A stretch of 64,000 nt of DNA from Vicugna vicugna. Its lineage: Eukaryota. The notes below the pieces were generated by a model. It had not been told where the DNA came from. It did not search any database and was given only the letters and a program-made list of their open reading frames with translations. Where the stretch lies: contig MU058289.1 in NCBI GenBank assembly GCA_013265495.1, positions 868,001 through 932,000 of the forward strand. The letters run 5' to 3'. A program made the translations under genes and the position numbers. This document shows positions 55,701 through 64,000 of the stretch, one piece after another (positions within the stretch are counted from its first letter, which is position 1; every line of letters starts with the position of its first letter).

Positions 55701-58700
55701 CCAGAGGCCCCAGGGGGCCAGCCTGGTCCCACCCCTGCTGGCTGACCCCCTTACCCTCCGCTGTCTCCCTGAGGGGGCCTCTTAGGCTCAGTCCCCACTG
55801 AGGCCCCAACCATCTTCCCACTCCAGTGGGAGGTCATCGCTCCTCGAGCCATCAGGCCGGTCCTGGTTCCTTTGTTTTCAGATACGCCTGCCAGAGCTTT
55901 GGGCCACTCAGAGCCCAGGCTAGAGGCTCTGGTTCCTCTGCCGGAGTGGGAAGCATTGTCACCCTGTGTCTCTTAGGGTAAGAGGAAGAACCTGCTTCCA
56001 AGCCCTCTGGTTCAAGGGACTTTGGGCACCCCCCAAACAGGTGCCTCTGGTGGGACAGGAAGTATCTTGCTCTGGGTCCCCAGGGTGAGAGGAGTCCTCA
56101 CTGTGTACCTTTGCTGAGGCAGGAAGGGTGCTCCCTGTGTGAGAGGCAGCATCTTTGCGTGATTCTTTGGGGGCGGATAGGGCTGAATAAGCCCCCGACC
56201 TCCCTGAGGCTCTGACTCTGCTCCTCTGGGGCCACTAAGCAGCCCTTGTCTTCCCAAAGGACAGTTCGTCTGCCCCCACCACGTGGCTACAAAACCCTCA
56301 CAAGTGATGTCTTTGGCTCCTTGTCTCTAAAACTCCACTCAACTGACAGCTCCATGTCTCTCCTCAACGTACCCAACTCCAACTTCCTGAATGAAAGTCT
56401 CTCTTCGTCTGACCTCGGGGACACTGCCTGACCCTGATTCACCTCCTACTTTTCCATCCCCTGACCCTCCACACACTCCTTGAAATCTGGGGTTCGCAGG
56501 GTGGCCATGGCCTCCTCACCCTCATGCCTCCCAGCTCCTGTCTGTCCTACCCACGCCCACAGCCTGCTTCCCTTTTCTGTCCCCAGCCCTGGACTCTCAT
56601 TAGTCCCAGATCAGGGGTCCCGCAGCCTCTTAGAATCCCGTAGGTCCCTCACACCTCCCATGTCCCATACTGGCCTCAGTGTCCCCCCAAACCCCCAGGT
56701 CCCGTCTCAGAGGCCCTTATCCTCAAGACAGTCCCTCGTCTGTAGGACGCCTCACTCTGCCCACAGTTACAGGCCTTCGGAGTGTCCCCTTTCAGCTCTC
56801 TCCTTCCCTCCCCCCTGCCCCATCAACCCCTGGGTTCATTCTCTCCTGGTCCAGCCTCCACACGGAAGCCTAGGGACTCTTCCTAAACACCAAATCCAAC
56901 CTGTCCCTTCTTTACCTAGGACCCTCCATGACTCCCCAGTGCCCCCCAGGACAGAGGCTAAGACCCCCAGGACCATGGTACCAATCCCTGTATGATATAA
57001 ACATGGCTATTAGAGATTTGGGGGGTTGAACATTTTCCCTCAAATTCCCAGACAGCCATAGGGATCCTTATCAAACAACTGACAGAGCTTCCCGAAAGCA
57101 ACCAAAACCACAGGACTTGTAAAATACAGGATAACCACCAGCGCCATCTTGTGGAGAGACCCAGCACCGCCCAGGCATCAGCCTGCTTCTTACCTTGGTC
57201 CAGACCTTCCTTGGTCCAGTTTGCACACTTCATCACCCTCCCGGCTCCTTTTCCAACTTTACCTCCAGAAATACTGAATTATCTACGGGCCATTGCACTG
57301 CACTGCACACCTAGCAGTCTGTCACCCCCAGCTGTCAGCCTTGCTCCTCCCTCAGCCGGACGTACCTACCTACTCCCTCCTCATCCCGCGTGTCAACTCG
57401 GATATCACCTCTCCTGAGTCTGAGTCCCTAGGGAGCAACAAGAACCTGGCCTTGGGCGTATGTACTTCAACAGCAGAATGGTGACACAAACATTAGCACA
57501 ACTGTAGCCACGACGCCAACCCTAGCCCTGTCCAAACCCCGTCCTGCAGTTTCCTGAAATCCTTGCAACTGTTAACGAGGACAGTATCATAATCACCATC
57601 CCTGGTTTACAGACGAGGCAAGGGGGCCCAGAGAGGTGCAGCCACCTACCCCGGGTCACCCAGCAAGTAAGCGCAGCACCAGAACCTTTCAGCCTTCGTG
57701 TCCAGGTCTGACACGACTGCAGGACTCCCCCCCAAGACCCGGCCCGGGCTGCCTGGGGGTGCGCTGGAGCCCAGTGCACCTCGGTTCTCTCTGTCCCCAG
57801 GCCAGGCTCTGGTCACCCTTCTGGGCACTCTCTGCTTTTCTTTCATTCACCTGTAGGCCCCAGGCCTGGTGACTCCCTTCAGTTGGCTCCGGGGAGGAAT
57901 CATCGCCAAGGTGCAGGGCTCTGCGGCCCATCTGCTCAGCAAGAGCGCAGGGCCTTCTCCTGAGCCCCTGGGAGACCGGTTACTCTGGGCCACAGCTGAA
58001 TGGTTTGGGGTCTGATTTGCCAACTATGCTGAGACTCCAGGAGGCCAGATATCCATACTGATCGTGTCCGCCAACACACTCCGTGCTTCCTCCTAATCAT
58101 GGCATTTAAATCCTCACACCACCCTGCGAGCTGTGCGCTGTTAGCCCTGTCTCTGTTTTTCAGAGGAAGAAACGAGGCCCACAGAGAGTGAGCTGCTTGC
58201 CCAGGGCCACACAGCTAGAAAGTGCTACTGTCTGGGACCGAACCCAGCTAGCCTGGTTCCAGGAAGAAGAGGGAGTCAGCCTCAGCTGGGGAGGGCGGGA
58301 AGGAAAGGCCACCCTTAACCGGGCCCCTCCAGGTGGCTCCCAAGCGTGGAGGAGGCTGAGAGAGAGCTAGGCTGTCTGGAGCCCGACCCAGGGGCTTCCA
58401 CGAGCCCTCAAGTGCCTGCCACACCGGGGAGTGGTTTCTCTGTTGTCTCTCTTCTCTCCATCCATCCAGGTCAAGTCCAAAGTCCTCCCTCTGCTCATCC
58501 ACCCACAGTGTGAAGAATGTCAGGAATTGGTGGGGCTTTTGGGTCCGTGGGACTCCAAGCCGACCTCTGTCGTGACAGCTCTGGCACATGGCATGATGTG
58601 TCTTACACGCTGAGCCCCACACTGGTGCCTCACGTGTGTTCCATGCTCCCAACAACCTCGCGTAGGTAAGCGACAGCATTAGGATCCATGCCTGACCCAG

Positions 58701-59145
58701 CGGGAAACTGAAGCCCAGAGAAACAACAGACTTTCACAAGATTGCACAGTAAAAAAAAGTGGCAGAAGCAGATTCGAACGCAGGCCTGCGTACTCGACTC
58801 CAGAGTCTGTGTCCTTAATGGTGATAGCTAGTCTGCTCGCCTTGGCCCCAAGTGGAGGCCAGGTCCAAGGTTAGCTGAGAAATCGCTGGGGAATGAGGGG
58901 AAACTGAGGCAAGGAGCCAGGAAGGTCATATGCGCTGGCAGGGAGGCAGGGGACGGCACAGCCCCACAGAAAACTTGGTTAATAGTTAATCGGGTGGAGG
59001 AGGCTTCAAAAGTGGGTGGGGATGGGCCCAGGAGGGGTACCAGAAACAGGGGGCTCTGAGGGGGCGGATGGAAGAGAGCACAGAGGGAGGGGCGCCAGGT
59101 AGAGCCCAAGTCAGGGAAAGGGGACTCACCCTCCTTCTCCGCCAT
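43790..59145 (-). CDS. HPN: Hepsin (TMPRSS1), type II transmembrane serine protease, 417 aa, intact
   Basis: Coding exons (-) 59130-59145, 53690-53791, 53564-53605, 48241-48370, 48037-48159, 47839-47879, 47432-47597, 47140-47330, 44717-44812, 44382-44524, 44035-44199, 43790-43828. All GT-AG; total 1254 nt. MAEKEGGRTV...TM...SRCR...R|IVGG activation site, TAAHC, NDIAL, GDSGGP, ending ...[11 protein letters not shown]. Confidence 0.97.
46420..47010 (-). mobile_element. Old LINE-1 (L1M) 3' fragment in HPN intron
   Basis: Minus strand reads 'PLWKN...[19 protein letters not shown]', like the L1 ORF2 C-terminus, plus L1M 3' UTR-like text. Confidence 0.65.
47950..48490. other. Intragenic CpG island over the HPN SRCR exons
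   Basis: Visibly very high GC and CpG density relative to the flanks. Confidence 0.7.
52510..52682 (-). mobile_element. LINE-1 3' end fragment
   Basis: 'tttttttcaatcgaagtacagttgatttacaatgttgtgttagtttctggtg...atattgaatatagttccctgtgcta', same family as the 23.6-23.9 kb copy. Confidence 0.7.
57139..57155 (-). promoter_or_regulatory. CTCF-like motif (reverse) in HPN intron
   Basis: Minus strand TCCACAAGATGGCGCTG. Confidence 0.4.
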
Positions 59146-59170
59146 GTCACGGCCTCTAGTTAATGATTCC
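58977..59170. promoter_or_regulatory. HNF1-type sites around the HPN start-codon exon
   Basis: GGTTAATAGTTAAT at 58977-58990 and GTTAATGATT at 59159-59168 resemble the HNF1 consensus GTTAATNATTAAC. Confidence 0.45.
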
Positions 59171-59444
59171 CCGGCTGACCTCCTGGGCCGGGGTGGGACC
59201 TGTGGGGAGATGAGCAGGGAGGCAGGGCCTGGGGGAGCCCAGCCCAGCCTCAGTGCCCCCAAGTCCCAGGCGCCCATCCAGGGAGGCAGGAGGGACTGGG
59301 CCCCAGCCAGAGCACGCAGTGATCACGGACACAGATTGGGCTGGGTTCAAGGATGGGGTCAGTGTCTGACCAGTAGCCAGCGGGGGCGCCTGGATTTGCA
59401 GGGTTGAGGGACCCCATGTCTGGGCCTGGGTGAGGAGGGGAATG

Positions 59445-59640
59445 AGGGTCTGAGCTCCTGGGTCTGAGGGAGGACAGCTGGGGGCCTCACCTCCTGAGTC
59501 CTGGGAAGAGAGGGATGGGGGCCAGCACCCTTTCTATGAGGGAGGAGGGGCATGGGGGCCTGGACTTCTGGGTCTGAGGGAGGAGACTGGGGCCTGATCT
59601 TGGAGTCTGAAGAAGTGGGGCTACAACTCCAAGGTCCTTG
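59445..59640. repeat. MSR1-like degenerate about 37-bp minisatellite in the HPN 5' intron
   Basis: Recurrent 'ctcctgggtctgagggagga..gctgggggcct' units. Confidence 0.6.
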
Positions 59641-59770
59641 GGGAGAAGTCAGACAGACAGCCCACTCTTGGGGGCCCTGGGAGCCACTCTACTGGGAGGT
59701 GGGTATGAGATTGGGTGCAGGTGAGGGGACCCGTGTCCTGGGGACTGAAACTGAGGACCCTGGTTCTTAC

Positions 59771-60185
59771 CCTGGGGTCCAGCAGGTGGGGACGGAGCTG
59801 AGAGATGGTGCCGGTTTAGGGTCAGTCTCCAGGCCTGGGCAGAAGCATGGTGGCCCCGCGCAGCGGTGGCCCCGGAGGAGGCAGAGGCAGCGGCAGCAGC
59901 GGCGTGGGGCCTGCTAGGCCTGGCTGCCTCACCTGAGGAGGAGGGGGCTGGGCAAGAGGCGGGGGAAGGGGCGGGGAGGGGCAGGGCAAAGGGATTGGCA
60001 GCGCTGGAGGCCACCTGGCTGGTGGGGCAGGGTTTGCAGGGGCTGGACCAGGCCGGCCCAGCAACCGGCCTCTGGCCTGGAGGGGGCCCAGGTGTGCCAG
60101 TCTGAGGGGAGGTGGGAGCATGGACAGGCTCGGCCTGAGGGCTGGGAGTTTGGGCAGACAGGGCAGACTGGGGTTGCTTATAAGG
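59771..60185 (-). promoter_or_regulatory. HPN: HPN core promoter and 5' non-coding exon (contains uORF)
   Basis: TATA-like cttataag at 60177-60184. Exon ends CCCCAGG|gtaaga at 59771 and would splice to the acceptor at 59200. Confidence 0.6.
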
Positions 60186-61301
60186 ACCGAAGGAAGGAGG
60201 TACGAATTGGAGGAAATCCCACGGAGGGGCCTGGCTGCCCTAGCCCACCCAACCGCTTCTCCTGCCTCCTGCCCCGCCCCCGCCCTGCCCCAGTCATCCT
60301 ACCCTGTCCCTGTCCATGTCCTGGACCCTTCCAACACCCCCTGCCCAGCTCCAGACCCCTCCACTGCCCCTGCACCCCTTGTCCAGCACAGGTGGACAAC
60401 AAGACAGTCCCAGTTCCAGGCCGGGCCTCACTCGGCCCAGCCTTTGCCCCAGACTCTTCCAGCACCCCAACTCCTGCTCCAGCCTCCGCCCCTTCCCCTG
60501 TCCCCAGCCCCGCCCCGGTCCCAAGCCTGCCCCAGCCCCTGCTCCTCCTCCCCCCAGCCCCCTCCCCCCAGCTGCTTTCCTACAAGTCACGGGGGCTGGT
60601 TTGCTTTGGCAGCCTCTCTGCTGCCTGCAGCAGTGACCTCTGGAGCTGGGAAGTCCGAGACGGGGGGGATGGGGACTTGGCCTGGAAAAGGCAGCACTGA
60701 GGGCTGAGGCCCAGGCCAAGTGGCCGGAAGTGTCCAGAGGCAGATACACACTGTCCCGCCAGCAGCCAAGAGTCATCCACGTCAGACCCTGGGGCCAGAT
60801 AAACACCCAGACACACAAGGGTCACCAGCAGACACCTGCCTGTGGACAGCCATGCACCTAAACACAATCAGACCACCGCTGCTCACCCCAGATAGGCCGG
60901 CCCTGCACAGCTGGACCCACCCGCTCGCCTCACGCACCCCATCCACTCAGAGCCACAGCGTCCCCCAGGGAGACACGCTGGTGTAGCCTTGGCGCTGCCA
61001 GCCTGCCTCTCTCTGTCTCTCTGTTCACAGCCCTTTCTCCTTCCCTCTCCCTTTCCCTAATCCACTGGTCCGCCTCCTTGGCTTCCGTCTGGTTCCCTTG
61101 AAACTCTTGGTCCCCACTGAGCTAATGACTCCCCCAACCCCAACATTAATCAGGTAGTTAAGTGACTGCACCCACTGGGCCGGCAGGTCGGCGCTGGGCC
61201 TCAGATGCTGCCCCGCCTGGGAAAACGGAAGCTCTTGGATTTGAAGGGGGTGTAGAAGGTGATGGGCTCACAAGAGAGACTATGAATCAAGTCCAAGAAT
61301 C

Positions 61302-61307
61302 TTTATT
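61302..61307 (-). terminator. SCN1B polyadenylation signal
   Basis: AATAAA on the minus strand at the end of the 3' UTR exon that starts at 61926. Confidence 0.75.
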
Positions 61308-62016
61308 TCATGAACAAAACTACTTGTGTAAAGAGAGACGAGGCTGAATGGGCCCCTTTCTAAGTGGCCACAATCCAAGGCTGGTGAGAGAGGGCGGGTT
61401 GGGCTGGGGCAAGAGTGCATCACAGGGAGAGGAGACCCCAGGTCCAGCCAGAGGAAGCAGGAAGGGACATGTCGCTGGGGGTCAGAGTGGGTCCCAGAAG
61501 CCCCTGCCCCAAACTGTTCCAGCCCATCACAACCCCCGCTGGGCAGGGAGGGGGCGGGGAGGGGCTGGGCCCCCAGCAGTGCGTGTCCGAAGCGGCCAAC
61601 GTGTGCAAATCAGCAAGAAGGAGGGGTGCGGAGCCGCTGCCCCCACCTCACCGCCCCCTCCTCCCAAACAGGCAGCAGAAGCAGGGGTGGGGGCAGCGGC
61701 AGTATTGCTTGACCCATCATGCATGGCGCGGGTGGGTGATGGGGCAGGAGGAAGAGGCTGGATTAGGGGTGTGAGCCAAGCCCCCTGCCCCTCCCACCCT
61801 GGAGGCTCCATTGGCAGGTCTCTGAGGCTTGCGGAGGCCCAGGAATGGCCAACCCCCATCGTGGGGAAGGCTGTGCCCGGATGTTCCCCATTAGGGCTGG
61901 CTCTTCCTTGAGGTGGAGCCCAGGGCCTAAAGGTGAGGGAGACACAGGATCAGGGACCTAACGGCTGACACCTCCCGGACCCTCCAGCCCCTGTCCACCC
62001 ACCCAACTTACCGGGG

Positions 62017-62765
<749 letters not shown>

Positions 62766-63009
62766 TCAGGTGGCAGCCTGAGTGCGCCTCGAGTTTGCTG
62801 AGTGGGCCTGGGCAAGGGGCTTGACCTCCCTGGGCCTGGTCTGCAAACGGGGCCATGCTGCTTCGCTACAGTCACTGTTGTTACTGTGGTTCTCAGCCTT
62901 GGACGGGCTTTGGGGTCACCCTCAACCTGCCTCCCTGTGTAACTTGAGGGTACCGCCATGTCATTAGGTGGCTGTAGGTGCCTAAAAGCTGCAGCTCTGT
63001 AACCAGAAG

Positions 63010-63450
63010 GCTCAGATTCAAATCCTGGCTCTGCCACTTGCCAGCTGTGTGACCTTGGGCAAGTGATTCAACCTCTCTGGGTCTCAGTTTCCCCATCTGT
63101 AAAAAGTTGATAATCACAGTATCTCCTTCATGGGAGTGGTACAAGAATTATATAAGCTTTAACAATCCTTAGAATAGTGCTTGACATGTAGATAGCAAGC
63201 GACCAATGCTTACTACTGTTACAATTATTTCTGTTATTATTGGGGCAGTACAGCATAGTAGTTAAGAGCAGGGGCTCTGGGGCCAGACTGTCAAGGTTCA
63301 AATCCTGTCTCTGCCTCTTATTAGCTGTGTGACCTTAGGCAAATGACTCCACCTCTCTGGGCCTCTATTCCCCCCCTGAAAATAAGGATGATAATGCTCA
63401 TGTCTTCTCATGGAGTTGCTGGGAGGAGGAAATGCGTTATCATCTGTAAA
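63010..63450 (+). mobile_element. Two tandem MIR SINEs
   Basis: Two copies of 'ttcaaatcctg.ctctgcc.ctt...agctgtgtgacctt.ggcaa.tga.tc.acctctctggg.ctc' at about 63010-63200 and 63246-63450. Confidence 0.75.
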
Positions 63451-64000
63451 CGGCATCCTTGGACGTGCTTGCCATCAACAGTGCCTAAGTGTTGGTTATT
63501 TGCTGGTGGTTTCTGGAAACCCTCTATCCTTTCCGCAGCACTTGCTCTTGCCAATGTCAACTTCCTTTCATTGAGCCTAAATTTAAACTAAGGGAGCATG
63601 CTCAGCCAGGGGACCAGAGCGGAAGGCCACTGTGGCATCCTCGGCCGGATTTCGCAGGTGTCCCCTCCACTTCCCTGGCCCCCTCCTTCTGGCGGCCAGG
63701 ATCTCATTTTCCCGGGTTCTCACGTGGTCTTCCTCCCCTGGGAGCGGGCACTTTCTGCCTCTCCACCTGGGGCAGATGGCACCAGTGCTTTTTGGGCCAC
63801 CGTGAGGTGGGTGCAGGGCCGGAAGTTTCTCCCCTGCTTCCCAGAGGAAGAGCCGGGAACAGGGTTCCACACTTCATCTTTTTGTTCATTCGTTCTTTCA
63901 CTCAAAAGATACCATGAATTTGTCTCATGCAGTGAGTGTCTGCTCTCAGCCAGGCTCTGTGCTGAGTTCTTTATCTGAGCATCTCCTGGACTCTTTGAAA

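Noticed and set aside
61927..62011. Intron downstream of the SCN1B stop codon as an NMD trigger
   Set aside because: The junction is only 5 nt after the stop, well inside the 50-55 nt rule, and this matches the normal SCN1B structure.

Overview
Mammalian genomic DNA, probably camelid judging by a recurrent tRNA-derived SINE. It is syntenic with human 19q13.12 and is shown in reverse orientation. It contains three complete intact genes that splice into full ORFs: LGI4 (+, 9 coding exons, 543 aa, with a (CTG)11 poly-Leu signal peptide), FXYD3 (-, 7 coding exons, 88 aa) and HPN/hepsin (-, 12 coding exons, 417 aa). The last exons of SCN1B (-) lie at the right end. The main surprise is in the apparently intergenic FXYD3-HPN interval. 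At about 25.1-37.9 kb on the minus strand, at least 12 exon remnants, most with canonical splice sites, spell a secreted signal peptide-NIDO-TILa/VWC-VWD-C8-TIL-TILa-VWD-...-VWD protein. That is the architecture of alpha-tectorin (TECTA). The locus is disabled by several frameshifts, stops and deletions, and is a candidate lost TECTA paralog from the 11q23/19q13 paralogon. Other points of note: a dense promoter-motif cassette inside the LGI4 3' UTR, a perfect-Kozak uORF in the HPN leader, convergent CTCF motifs, MSR1-like minisatellites, and a solo LTR with a nested SINE just 5' of the pseudogene. All homology calls come from manual translation and recalled reference sequences, not from database searches.
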